Origin: Acidobacteriota bacterium
GTDB taxonomy: Bacteria > Acidobacteriota > Vicinamibacteria > Vicinamibacterales > UBA2999
Direction: 5' to 3'
Length of the DNA: 64,000 nt
Assembly: GCA_041178345.1 (NCBI GenBank)
Contig: JBEGVQ010000167.1
Coordinates: forward strand, 8,986 to 72,985
This document shows positions 16,119-25,572 of the stretch, in pieces (positions within the stretch are counted from its first letter, which is position 1; each line of letters begins with the position of its first letter). A program made the position numbers and the translations under genes. The notes under the pieces are model-generated. The model searched no databases, had not been told where the DNA came from, and saw only the letters and a list, made by a program, of their open reading frames with translations.

Positions 16119-17306
16119 CTACTTGGTCGCGATGAACATGATCTCGACCAGGCCGTCGGCGCCGACCAGCCCTGACTTCACCGTCGCTCGCGCGGGGAAG
16201 TCGTTCGAGATTACCGACCGGTAGCCGGCGTTCATGGCGTCGAAACCAGCGAGGTCCGTGATCCACACCATTCCGTCGACCAGGTCGTTCCAGCCAAAAC
16301 CGGCCGCGGTCAGCGTGCGGCCAACCCGCGCCAGGGTCTCTTTGGTCTGCGCTTCCATGTCACCCTTGTTGGTAGCGTTGTTGCCGAGCAAGCCGGCCAG
16401 GTAGAGCGTGTTGCCGACCTTGACGGCGCTGCTGAGCGTCGCGCTCGGCCGCCCCGGGGTGCCGTCGGCGTTCGGCGTGGCGAACGTCTCTTTCGGACGG
16501 CGGTTCGCCGTCATGGTGATCTCCACCTGATAGGTTGGGCCGGGCAGGCCAACGATGGTAGTCGCTCGGGCGGGCGGATCCTTCGGGAAATGCGGCACAT
16601 AGGCCTTGTTCATCTCGCCGAACTTGGTCCCGTCGGTAATGTAGACACGGTTGGCGACGACGTGTTCGAAGCCGAACCCGGCCGCCTTCAGCAGCTCGCC
16701 GGCGTTGCCCATGATCGTGTTCATCTGCGTCGTCATGTCGCCTTCGACCGGCACGTTGTCCTTGGCCCCGCGCGAGACCATGCCCGACAGGAACAGGAAG
16801 TCGCCCGTCTTGATGGCGTAGCTGTAGGGATTGGCGGTTGACCAGCCGGCGGGCGTGATGGCCACGCGCTCACCGCCCGTGGGCACGGCGACCGCCGACA
16901 TCTCGATTAGCGCGCCGGGGACGACGAAGTCGGCAATCACGGTCGTGCGCGCCGGCGCGTTCTTGGGCCAGGTCTGGCGCCACACTTCGGTCATGGCGGC
17001 GGCCTCGGCCGCGTTCTTCAGGTAAACGTTGACGCTGGCCACATTCTGCAGACTCGAGCCGGCCTTGGTCAGCGTCTGGCCCATGCTGTCGAGCACGGCC
17101 TTGGTCTGGGCCGTGATGTCGCCCTGGGCGACGATCGTGCCGGCGACGTAGATCAAGCCGTCCCCCTTGGCTGCCGCACTGAACGGCAGATTGCCGGCCG
17201 CCGGGAACAGCTGTCGCTGGCCTTGCAAAGTCACCCCCAAGCTCACAACGGATACAAGCACTAACGTCGTCAAGTAGCCTCGCACGGTGCACCTCTCGAC
17301 CGACAA
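16119..17306 (-). CDS. exported protein made of three tandem RidA/YjgF/L-PSP domains
   Basis: 395 aa. Signal-like N-terminus LTTLVLVSVVSLGVTLQG followed by three units of about 120 aa, each with the RidA pattern (G..Y..G......D...Q....L.......G......V....Y......F..N..Y...F....PAR). Confidence 0.8.
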   Translation of the reverse strand: MSVERCTVRGYLTTLVLVSVVSLGVTLQGQRQLFPAAGNLPFSAAAKGDGLIYVAGTIVAQGDITAQTKAVLDSMGQTLTKAGSSLQNVASVNVYLKNAAEAAAMTEVWRQTWPKNAPARTTVIADFVVPGALIEMSAVAVPTGGERVAITPAGWSTANPYSYAIKTGDFLFLSGMVSRGAKDNVPVEGDMTTQMNTIMGNAGELLKAAGFGFEHVVANRVYITDGTKFGEMNKAYVPHFPKDPPARATTIVGLPGPTYQVEITMTANRRPKETFATPNADGTPGRPSATLSSAVKVGNTLYLAGLLGNNATNKGDMEAQTKETLARVGRTLTAAGFGWNDLVDGMVWITDLAGFDAMNAGYRSVISNDFPARATVKSGLVGADGLVEIMFIATK

Positions 17307-17384
17307 TGTATCATTCCTTGCTACACTGGCTGAACTGGTACGAGCCGTTCACTCATTCGTTCATCGCGACCCAGACACCCACAA

Positions 17385-17807
17385 ATGCCCAAAGCGCCGA
17401 CCCTTCCGAAAGTCCGCCGAAAACGTTCCCAACTCCACGGCTTCGGCGTGTTCGCCCTGGAGCCCATCAATAAGAACAAGCGCATCATCGACTACGCCGG
17501 TGAGTTGATCACCAACAAGCAGAGCGAGAGCCGCGAAGATCGCTACCTGAAGAAGGGTTGCATCTGGGTGTTCCGCGTCAACCGCAACTGGAGCCGCGAC
17601 GCGCACGTCGGCGGCAACGACGCGCGCTTCATCAACCATTCCTGCAAGGGCAATTGCTGGATTGACGTGGACGCCGTGACCAAGACCATCTGGATTCGCG
17701 CCTCGAAGGCCATCGCCAAGGGCGAAGAGCTGACCTACGACTACAATACCGAGGGCGACAAGATCATCCCGTGCCTGTGCCGGCCGGGCTGCAAGACCAA
17801 GCTATGA
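17385..17807 (+). CDS. SET-domain protein lysine methyltransferase with post-SET Cys cluster
   Basis: 140 aa with HGFGVFA, RFINHSCKGNC, ELTYDY and PCLCRPGC motifs. Confidence 0.9.
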   Translation: MPKAPTLPKVRRKRSQLHGFGVFALEPINKNKRIIDYAGELITNKQSESREDRYLKKGCIWVFRVNRNWSRDAHVGGNDARFINHSCKGNCWIDVDAVTKTIWIRASKAIAKGEELTYDYNTEGDKIIPCLCRPGCKTKL

Positions 17808-20053
17808 GGTGGTGGCAGGGTGCGATCGCGCTGGCGATAATGGCCGCCGTGGCCGGCACGCACGCGCAGGCCGGCCCTGCCTTCTTCGTTCGCAACCTCG
17901 ACAACCCGCGCGAGCGGCGCGAGGCCCGCGCCGACATTCTCGACACCCCCGTCCTTCCCGGCTCCATCGTCAAGGCCGTGGCGCTGGTCGCCGCGCTCGA
18001 AGCAGGCGTGATCCGCGCCGATTCCAATCACATGTGCCGGCGCACGGTCACGGTTGATGGCCAGAGGTATGTGTGCGCGCATCCCGACCTCAAACGCGCG
18101 CTGTCGCCGGATGAAGCGCTCGCTTATTCCTGCAACGACTTCTTCGTGTCGCTGGCGCCGCGCCTGTCGCGCGACCGATTGAACCGCACGCGGCTTGCCG
18201 CCGGCCTGCCGCCGCTCGCCGCCGGCACGGCGCTGGCGTCCGCCCTGGTCGGACTCGCGGGCCCACGCACCAGCCCCCGCGCGATGATCGAGGTGTTGGC
18301 GCGACTGGCGGGTGCCAGCAAGGACACGCCCGTGCCCATGAGCCCCGCCACCAGGGCCGTGTTACTCGACGGTCTGCGCGGCGCAGCCGACTACGGCACG
18401 GCCGCGGCGCTGAAGGGTGCCGGTGTGCCGGCACTCGCCAAGACCGGCTCGATCCTGATGCCCAGCGGCGTCGTGCTCGGCCTGGTGGTCGCGCTCACAC
18501 CCGCCGACCGCCCGACTCACGGCGTCGTCGTCGCCGCGCCGGGCGGCGCCGGCGTGGACGCCGCGGCGATCGCCGCCGACGTTCTCCTGGAACGCACTTC
18601 AGCACCTCAGCACCCCAGCACCCCAGCACCTCTTCAGCCGATCAGGCTTGGGCGAACCCAGCCGAACGGCGCTACGCGAGTTGAAACGATCCCCGTCGAT
18701 AGCTACATTGCGCAGGTCTTGGCCGGCGAAGGGCAGCCGCGGGCGGGCGATGCGGCGCAGCAGGCGCTCGCCATCACCGCCCGAACCTTCGCCATCGCCA
18801 ATCGCAACCGCCATCGTCGCGAGGGGTTCGACTTGTGCGACACCACGCACTGCCAGGTGGTTCGCGCGGCAACGCCAACGACGACCCGTGCGGCGCAGGC
18901 GACCAGCGGGCGCTTGCTGCTCAGCAGGGGACAACCGGCGTTCGTGTTCTATTCCGCCTCGTGCGGCGGCCGCACCGAACTGGCCTCGGAAGTCTGGCCG
19001 GGGGCCATTGACTATGCCGGCGCGGCGTCGGTGCACGACGATGCGGACGCCGGCGAGCCGGCGTGGGAGAGTGAGGTGCGCGTGCGCGATGTCGAACGGG
19101 CACTGCGAAGCGCCGGCCTGCGCGGCGATCGCCTGCGCGACGTCCGCGTGCTGGCCCGCAACCAGTCGGGCCGCGTCTCGCGGGTGCGGGTCGATGGCCT
19201 TACGCCGTCAGAGATAAGCGGCCACGAGTTCCGGACGGCCGTCGGCCGCGTCGCCGGGTTCGCCGCCATCAAGAGCACGGCGTTCGACGTCACGCGGACC
19301 AGCAGTGGGTATCACTTCCGCGGACGCGGCTTTGGTCACGGCGTTGGCCTGTGCGTGATCGGCGCCGGCCTGCGCGCCGCACGCGGCTCGACCGCCGACG
19401 AGATCCTGAAGTTCTACTATCCAGGCCTGACGATTGGTTCGGGAGCACCAAACGTCCTGACAACAGTCGCACCGGTCACCGCCGTACCACCCGTGGCGCC
19501 TGTGGCACCCCTGGCACCCTTGGCACCGTCCTCCTCCGACATCGCCTTGGCCCTGCCCGGCAATGAAGAAGGCGAACGGGCCAGCCTGCTGAGTCTGATC
19601 CGCCGCAGCCGCGATGAGATCCTGAAGGCCACCGGCGCCAGGGCGCCCGCGCGCCTGCGTGTCACCGTCCATCCTTCAGTGGATAGCTTCGGCCGCGCCA
19701 CCGGCCAGCCGTGGTGGGTGTCGGGTGCGACCGAGGGCGCGGCTATCGAGCTGTTGCCGCTGACCACGCTCAAGCAGCGGGGACAGCTCGAGCGAACCCT
19801 CCGCCACGAAATGGCGCATGCGCTGCTGGACGAGGTGTTGTCGAAGCGACCGATGTGGGTGAGGGAAGGGGCCGCCGCGTACTTCGCCACCCCGCCGGCC
19901 TTGCGCACGGCCGCGTCGAGGGTCACCTGTCCAAAGGACGCAGAGTTGTTGCGCCCGATCTCCGCCGGCGCGCAGCGCGAAGCGTACGCCAGGGCCGAGG
20001 CGTGCTTTGCCAAGGGCATTGCCGACGGCAAGCGATGGGACCAGATTCGGTAG
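17804..20053 (+). CDS. secreted tri-domain protein: PBP/beta-lactamase-like transpeptidase fold, SpoIID/LytB domain and MA-type metallopeptidase-like tail
   Basis: The ATG at 17804 overlaps the SET stop (ATGA). Signal peptide MRWWQGAIALAIMAAVAGTHAQA. SxxK (GSIVKA), SxN (YSCND), KTG (AKTGS). SpoIID motifs ARTFAIANR, CDTTHCQV, YSASCGGRTE, GFGHGVGLCVIGA. HEMAH followed by REGAAAYF. Confidence 0.85.
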   Translation: MRWWQGAIALAIMAAVAGTHAQAGPAFFVRNLDNPRERREARADILDTPVLPGSIVKAVALVAALEAGVIRADSNHMCRRTVTVDGQRYVCAHPDLKRALSPDEALAYSCNDFFVSLAPRLSRDRLNRTRLAAGLPPLAAGTALASALVGLAGPRTSPRAMIEVLARLAGASKDTPVPMSPATRAVLLDGLRGAADYGTAAALKGAGVPALAKTGSILMPSGVVLGLVVALTPADRPTHGVVVAAPGGAGVDAAAIAADVLLERTSAPQHPSTPAPLQPIRLGRTQPNGATRVETIPVDSYIAQVLAGEGQPRAGDAAQQALAITARTFAIANRNRHRREGFDLCDTTHCQVVRAATPTTTRAAQATSGRLLLSRGQPAFVFYSASCGGRTELASEVWPGAIDYAGAASVHDDADAGEPAWESEVRVRDVERALRSAGLRGDRLRDVRVLARNQSGRVSRVRVDGLTPSEISGHEFRTAVGRVAGFAAIKSTAFDVTRTSSGYHFRGRGFGHGVGLCVIGAGLRAARGSTADEILKFYYPGLTIGSGAPNVLTTVAPVTAVPPVAPVAPLAPLAPSSSDIALALPGNEEGERASLLSLIRRSRDEILKATGARAPARLRVTVHPSVDSFGRATGQPWWVSGATEGAAIELLPLTTLKQRGQLERTLRHEMAHALLDEVLSKRPMWVREGAAAYFATPPALRTAASRVTCPKDAELLRPISAGAQREAYARAEACFAKGIADGKRWDQIR
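18599..18639. repeat. YCAGCACC octamer tandem tract in the inter-domain linker (family F2, opposite orientation)
   Basis: tcagcacc tcagcacc ccagcacc ccagcacc tcttcagcc. Encodes TSAPQHPSTPAPLQP. Confidence 0.9.
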
Positions 20054-20182
20054 GTGCTGGGGTGCTGAAGTGCTTGGCTGCTTGGGGGCTGAGGTGCCGG
20101 CCCGGCATTCCGATTCTCCCATCCCGTGGCTAGCGCTTGATCACCCGAGCACCCGAGCACCTCAGCACTTCAGCACCGTGAG
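20053..20182. repeat. inverted pair of F2 octamer tracts between convergent genes (likely bidirectional terminator)
   Basis: ggtgctgg ggtgctga agtgcttg gctgcttg ggggctga ggtgccgg at 20053-20100. cacccgag cacccgag cacctcag cacttcag caccgtga at 20142-20182. The right arm encodes the last residues (TVLKC*) of the 20162 gene. Confidence 0.85.
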
Positions 20183-20878
20183 AGTGGCCTGACGGATGAT
20201 AAGCGCGACGCCGGTCGCCATCAACAGCGCCGTCACGGCCAGCTTGCCGATCACGAACGCGAGTTCGACCGAGGTCGCGGGCAGGCCGCCGGGCCGCCAC
20301 GGCGCCAGGTAGATCCAGGGCGCGGCGACCAGGGCCGCGAACAGCAGCGTCGCCGTCGCGAGCGGCACCGGGGCGATGGCGCGCGTGATCCAGGCTGTGC
20401 GAGCGATCTCGCGCCAGCCGCCGTACAGGATGGCCGCCATCAGCGCCAGCGCCAACATCGGCGCGACCACCCCCTTCAGCCACACCGCCAGCCAACTGAT
20501 CCCCGTAAACAACCACGACACATCGTCCCAACCGACGGCGGTGATGAGCCACGCGTTGATCGGTCCGCTGTAGATGGTGACGCGGCCGGTGGCGGCGCCG
20601 ACGGCCCACCAGATCAGGCCCGCGATGATCGCGGCGGGGATGCTGGCCGGGACCCCCGCGGCCGCGGCACGAAAGAGGCTGGGCGACACGCCGCGTTGCC
20701 ACCCGAGCAGGGCGCCGCTCGCGGTCAAGGCCAGCAGGAAGCCCGCCGCGAGTAACAACAGCGCCGAAGCGGCCAGGCTCCAGATGGTGGATTCGGGCGT
20801 GATCAGAAACGACCAGTAGACGCCGCCGGTCAAGGCCGCGCCCACCAGAATCCACAAGGTGATCGTCACGAGCCTCAT
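20162..20878 (-). CDS. polytopic (~6 TM) membrane protein, unknown family, coupled to A2M
   Basis: The ATG at 20878 (MRLVTITLWILVGAAL...) overlaps the A2M stop (ATGA). The product is 238 aa and very hydrophobic. The ORF-track extension to 21100 is rejected. Confidence 0.7.
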   Translation of the reverse strand: MRLVTITLWILVGAALTGGVYWSFLITPESTIWSLAASALLLLAAGFLLALTASGALLGWQRGVSPSLFRAAAAGVPASIPAAIIAGLIWWAVGAATGRVTIYSGPINAWLITAVGWDDVSWLFTGISWLAVWLKGVVAPMLALALMAAILYGGWREIARTAWITRAIAPVPLATATLLFAALVAAPWIYLAPWRPGGLPATSVELAFVIGKLAVTALLMATGVALIIRQATLTVLKC

Positions 20879-23800
20879 CGCCTGCCCCCTTCCGGAGCCG
20901 TCACGATAAAGGCCTGGGGCTCGCTCGAGGCATGCACGCCGGGCACATACATGGGCGACACCTGCGCCGGAATCGCGCGGAACTGGCCCGGTGCGATCAC
21001 CTTCACGAGGTAGCGGTACTCGTAGCGGCCGCGGTCGAAGGACTCCTGGAAGAACACCGTGCGCGAGTCGCGGTACTCCACACGCGACCCGTACCACCAC
21101 TGCTCGGGCGCCTCACGTTCGAGAGGGTAGGCGGTCGTGTCCTGAATCGCTTCCACGCCGGCCGGCAGCGGGTCCTCGATGGCGAGGTATCGCCACTCGG
21201 GCGATCCGGCAACGGTGAGCCGGACGGTCAGTACGTCGCCCGGCTTCGCCGTGCCGGTGAACGGCTGCTCGCGATAGACGATGCGGCCCTTCACGGTGAC
21301 GGGTGTGAGCTGCGCGTACGTCCGCGTGAGGGCAAGTTGGCGGCTGCCGGCGGCGGCGCCGGCACCGGTCGTGTCGTAGTAGTTGGCCGCGGCCGACCAG
21401 TAAACGGTGCCACCATCCTCTTTGACCAGTCGCACCTGGTTGGCGCCGGCATTGGCCGGCACGGTGATCACCTGGGGATCCGGCGCCGTCATGGCCGCGG
21501 CCGAGAACGTGCGCCGGCCGGCATTGGCGCCGTTGACGAACACGTCCACCGAGAACGGTTGCGCCGACTCGCCACGGGCCTGCATGAACGACAGCAGGCC
21601 GTAGATCGCCATCGCGGTCTGCTTCGTGCTCGACCAGTAGCCGGCCGTCCGGTTCAACATCATCCAGCGCACGGCGCGTTCAACCAGCGGGCTCTTGGGA
21701 TCGCGGCGGGCGAGCGCCTGCACGGCGAACGCGGTCGCTTCGATGCTGGTCTCGGCCGCGTCGAGGAGCAGCGGGTCGTTGGCCACCGCCCACCACGACA
21801 CGTCGCCGCGCGTCTGCGCCTCGCCGGCCAGGGCCTGCGCCAGCTCGTGGCCGCGCGGGTCCTTGATCTCGTCGAGCAGCAGCAACAGCAGGGCGCGGCC
21901 GTAGGCGCTCATGCGGCTGCGTGCCTCCCACAACTCGTCGCGGGCTGCCACGTGGGTGTACTGGTGCTCGGTGCCGTCGGCGTACCAGGAGAGCTCGGTC
22001 TCGCCGCCGGCCGCCCGCTGCAGCACGTAGGCCTCGTACACCTTCAGGTCAGGCGCGACGCGCGGGTAATCTGCATACAGCCGCGCCAGGGCGCGGGCGC
22101 CGTTGTTGATGCGGTACTCCTGCACCTTCACGCCGGCGCGGCGCGCCTCGTCCATCGCCCACAGCGCGTACGCGGTCATGAACGGGTGATTGCCATCCGA
22201 CTTCCACCATCCCCACCCGCCATCGTCATGCTGGTAGTCGCCCAGGCGCAGAAGGCCGGCGGAGACCTGGCGATCGAGCGCCGACAGCCGCTCGGTCGGC
22301 GCCAGTTTCAACTCGGTGAGCGCCTTCGTCACCAGCAGGTTGGGCAGGAAGCTCGAGACCGTCTGCTCGGTGCAGCCGTAGGGATAGCCCGTCAGGAAGT
22401 CCAGCGCGCCCAGCATTGATCCCGCCAGCGACGGCGCCAGGGCAATCGAGACGGTGCGCGAGACCGGATTGGCGCCCTCGGGCACGGTGACGACCGTAGT
22501 CGCTTCACCGGCGCCAACAATCGAGCCGGCCGTGCCGGCTTCGCGGTGGATGCCGAATGGCAGCACGGGCAAGGGCAACTCCACCGCGTCGGTATCAACC
22601 GCGGTTCTCGCGGTCGCGGTGATGGTGGCCGTCCCGACGGTGCGGGCGGTGAAGCGCCAATCGTCGCGACGTTCGGCGCCGCTCGCGAGTGGGGACGACG
22701 GTGGGGCAGCGGCGGTCGTCGATGCGAGGCCGGTGGTCTGCACCGAGATGCTGGCCGTCTGCGTGTCGGGCCGATAGTTATGCACCATCGTCGGAATGAC
22801 CACCTCATCGCCCTCGGTGAGGAAGCGCGGCGTGATCACGCGGACGATCAGGTCCTTGGTCGTGGTGGTGCGCGCGACGGCGACGCCGGCTTTCGTGTCG
22901 TCGGTAATGGCGCGGGCGGTGAGCCGCCAGGTCGTCAGCGCATCCGGATAGTTCACCGCGATGCGGCCGCGCCCCTGCGCGTCGGTGACCAGGTCGCCGA
23001 CCCAGTAGATGGCGTCGGGAAAGTCCTTGCGCACCTCGGGTTGCACTTCCTTGTCGCCCTTGAAGTCGGCCAGCGTGAACGGACGCCGTCCGCGGCGGGC
23101 CAGTTGCAGGCGATCACGGCCTGAATAGCCCGTGAAGTAGTACTCGCGGGAGAACATGGTGTTCACGCGCGAGTACTCGCGACGGTAGAAGTGACGAATG
23201 GGATCGGGCGTGTCGTCGGCCTTCACGCCGTACACCGCTTCGTCGATCACCGCGAGGCTCACCTGTGCCCGCACCGGCTGGCCGGCCTGGTCGGTGACCA
23301 GCACCGAGAAGGCGCCGGGCTCGCGCGGTTTCGACACGGCCTGGTCGGCGGTCAGCGACACGGTCAACGTCCGGGAGGTGGCCGGCACGCCGAGGCGGCG
23401 TTCGGCCCGGCTCAAGCGCCCGTCGCGCAAGAACGCAATGCTCACGAACACGTCGCCGACGTCGCCCTCGTCGATCGGCACTTCGATGGCTTCGGTCGCC
23501 GTCGGTCTCAGCAGCCGGAACCACGACACGTGCTGGCCCTCCTTGGTGACCAGCACCGGGCCAGTAATGGTCTCGCCCCGGACGATCAGGCGGGCCGACT
23601 CACCGGGTTGGTATGTCCGCCGATCCGCCAGCAGTTCCAGGTAGCGCTCGCCGCTGTCGGCGGTGGTGTCACTCGGCCCCGGCACCCACAGCCACACATC
23701 GTCTTGAACCGTGCGGTCGCCGCTTGGCGCGGTCACGCGGACGCGGAAACTGCCGGTCTGTTGCGGCAACGTGACGCGCCCGGTCGCCAGTCCGCTCGCG

Positions 23801-25572
23801 TCGGTCGTCACGCCGCTCTCGCTGATCTGGTTCACCTCGGGTTCGCGGTAGTAGCCGGCTCGATAGGTGAGCTGTTCGAGCACGACGCTGACCGGAATGT
23901 TGCCCTGCGCGGCGCCGGTGTAGTCAACCGCGCGAATGGCGATGTCCACCGTGTTGCCGGCGCGGAACACCGAGTTGGTGGTCTGCGCCGCAACCAGGAA
24001 CGAACCAAAGGTGGCGTGCACCACGGTGTTGCCCGACACCTCGCGGTTGGCGGCGTCGGTGACCTGGGCCTCGATGCGCGCGCTGAAGTCGCGGCCGTTC
24101 TCGTCCACGCCCAGAGGCACGCGCAGCTGCGCCTTGCCGCTGGCATCCAGCCGCACGGAGCCCTGCGCCGTCTGGTGGTCGCCGTACCAGTAACTGCTTT
24201 CGCCGCCCTCGAACCCATCGTCCCATCGCAATGGCGAGTAGTACGGCTGCTGGTTGAGGACCCACCGCAGTTGACCGTTGGCGACCGGCTGCCCGAAGTA
24301 GTACCGGGCTTGGATTGAGATCACCGCGACGTCGCCCTGGCGCACGAACCGGGCGGCCGGTGCCACGAGGACTTCGAACTCCGGCTTGCGGTACTCCTGC
24401 ACTTCGAAGCCGCTCGAAGTCTGGAAGTCACCGCTTTGCACGCGCAGTGCGTAACTGCCGAGCGCGGCAGTCGGCGGAACCGCAAAGCTTGCGAGGACGG
24501 CGCCAAACGCATCCACCTTTACCTGCTGGCGGAAGATCACCTTGTCGTTCGGATCCGAAGCCACCACTTCAACCTCGGCACGGTCGAACTTCGCCAGCGC
24601 GTCGTGATGCCGCCAGCGCAGGATGCCCTTGAGGTGAACGGTGTGGCCGGGACGATAGATGGGCTTGTCGGTGTAGAGGTAACCGGCCAGCTCGCGCGCC
24701 GGTTCCTGCAGCGACCACGAGCCCGGGTCGGTCGCCGCCACCTGGTCGCCGCACTGCGCGATGCCGACCACGTTGTCCATCGGCTGCTCGGGCAGGACGG
24801 CTTCGAACAGGCCATCGACCGAGGTGCGGCCTTCGGCGACGGTCTGCTGCGACACGAGCACGCGCACGGCGCACTCGGCGACCGGTTCGCCGGTGAAGCG
24901 ATCGGCGGCAAAGAACAGCATCTGGCCCGGCGAGGTCTTGGTGACCAGGCCGACGTCGGAGACGATCACGATCGTGTAGGCCCGCAGCAGGTCGTGGACG
25001 GCTTCGACGACGTAGATGCCGGGCCGGCGCAGATCAACGGGTACACGGCGAACCTCGGGGTCGCGGTGGTTCGGCAGCAACTCGCGCCACGTGGTGACGA
25101 CCTGGTCGGAGTTGAGCAGCGGCACCTGTGCAAACGTGTTGGCGTTCAAGACCACGCGCTGGGCGACCACCGCCTGGTCGGTGGCGGCCCGCCGCGCGGC
25201 TCGGTAGGGCTGGCTGACCTGGCCGCGCGCGAAGCGCTGCACTGACTGGCGCTGGCCGCGCTTCCAGTCGGCGAGCTGCTCGATCCACGTCCGTTCCTGT
25301 GGCACCTCGACATCACCGCTGCCGAACTGATGCGGGTCGCGAAGGCTGGCAAAGAACGCGAACGGATCGCGGACCTGGTAGACCCGGAAGTCGAGCTGCG
25401 GCACGCGACGAAACGTCAGGTAGAAGTTCGGCGCATCCTTGGTCGTGAAGACCTCGCTCGTCGAGAGCGAGAACGCCGGGCGCTCGTCGCTCTCGCCTTG
25501 CGCGCTTGCCTCGCGCGAAGTCAGAAGTGAGAAGAGCGAAGTGAGAAGGATTAGCGAGCGGGCCAGCTTCAT
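20875..25572 (-). CDS. bacterial alpha-2-macroglobulin with intact thioester
   Basis: 1565 aa with signal peptide MKLARSLILLTSLFSLLTSREASA (no lipobox Cys) and thioester motif GYPYGCTEQTVSSF. Size and repeated beta-rich MG-like segments fit the family. Confidence 0.93.
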   Translation of the reverse strand: MKLARSLILLTSLFSLLTSREASAQGESDERPAFSLSTSEVFTTKDAPNFYLTFRRVPQLDFRVYQVRDPFAFFASLRDPHQFGSGDVEVPQERTWIEQLADWKRGQRQSVQRFARGQVSQPYRAARRAATDQAVVAQRVVLNANTFAQVPLLNSDQVVTTWRELLPNHRDPEVRRVPVDLRRPGIYVVEAVHDLLRAYTIVIVSDVGLVTKTSPGQMLFFAADRFTGEPVAECAVRVLVSQQTVAEGRTSVDGLFEAVLPEQPMDNVVGIAQCGDQVAATDPGSWSLQEPARELAGYLYTDKPIYRPGHTVHLKGILRWRHHDALAKFDRAEVEVVASDPNDKVIFRQQVKVDAFGAVLASFAVPPTAALGSYALRVQSGDFQTSSGFEVQEYRKPEFEVLVAPAARFVRQGDVAVISIQARYYFGQPVANGQLRWVLNQQPYYSPLRWDDGFEGGESSYWYGDHQTAQGSVRLDASGKAQLRVPLGVDENGRDFSARIEAQVTDAANREVSGNTVVHATFGSFLVAAQTTNSVFRAGNTVDIAIRAVDYTGAAQGNIPVSVVLEQLTYRAGYYREPEVNQISESGVTTDASGLATGRVTLPQQTGSFRVRVTAPSGDRTVQDDVWLWVPGPSDTTADSGERYLELLADRRTYQPGESARLIVRGETITGPVLVTKEGQHVSWFRLLRPTATEAIEVPIDEGDVGDVFVSIAFLRDGRLSRAERRLGVPATSRTLTVSLTADQAVSKPREPGAFSVLVTDQAGQPVRAQVSLAVIDEAVYGVKADDTPDPIRHFYRREYSRVNTMFSREYYFTGYSGRDRLQLARRGRRPFTLADFKGDKEVQPEVRKDFPDAIYWVGDLVTDAQGRGRIAVNYPDALTTWRLTARAITDDTKAGVAVARTTTTKDLIVRVITPRFLTEGDEVVIPTMVHNYRPDTQTASISVQTTGLASTTAAAPPSSPLASGAERRDDWRFTARTVGTATITATARTAVDTDAVELPLPVLPFGIHREAGTAGSIVGAGEATTVVTVPEGANPVSRTVSIALAPSLAGSMLGALDFLTGYPYGCTEQTVSSFLPNLLVTKALTELKLAPTERLSALDRQVSAGLLRLGDYQHDDGGWGWWKSDGNHPFMTAYALWAMDEARRAGVKVQEYRINNGARALARLYADYPRVAPDLKVYEAYVLQRAAGGETELSWYADGTEHQYTHVAARDELWEARSRMSAYGRALLLLLLDEIKDPRGHELAQALAGEAQTRGDVSWWAVANDPLLLDAAETSIEATAFAVQALARRDPKSPLVERAVRWMMLNRTAGYWSSTKQTAMAIYGLLSFMQARGESAQPFSVDVFVNGANAGRRTFSAAAMTAPDPQVITVPANAGANQVRLVKEDGGTVYWSAAANYYDTTGAGAAAGSRQLALTRTYAQLTPVTVKGRIVYREQPFTGTAKPGDVLTVRLTVAGSPEWRYLAIEDPLPAGVEAIQDTTAYPLEREAPEQWWYGSRVEYRDSRTVFFQESFDRGRYEYRYLVKVIAPGQFRAIPAQVSPMYVPGVHASSEPQAFIVTAPEGGRR
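25517..25554. repeat. F3 repeat (GAAGTGAGAAG units) encoding the A2M signal-peptide core
   Basis: gaagtcagaagtgagaagagcgaagtgagaaggattag. The reverse complement reads LILLTSLFSLLTS. Confidence 0.85.
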
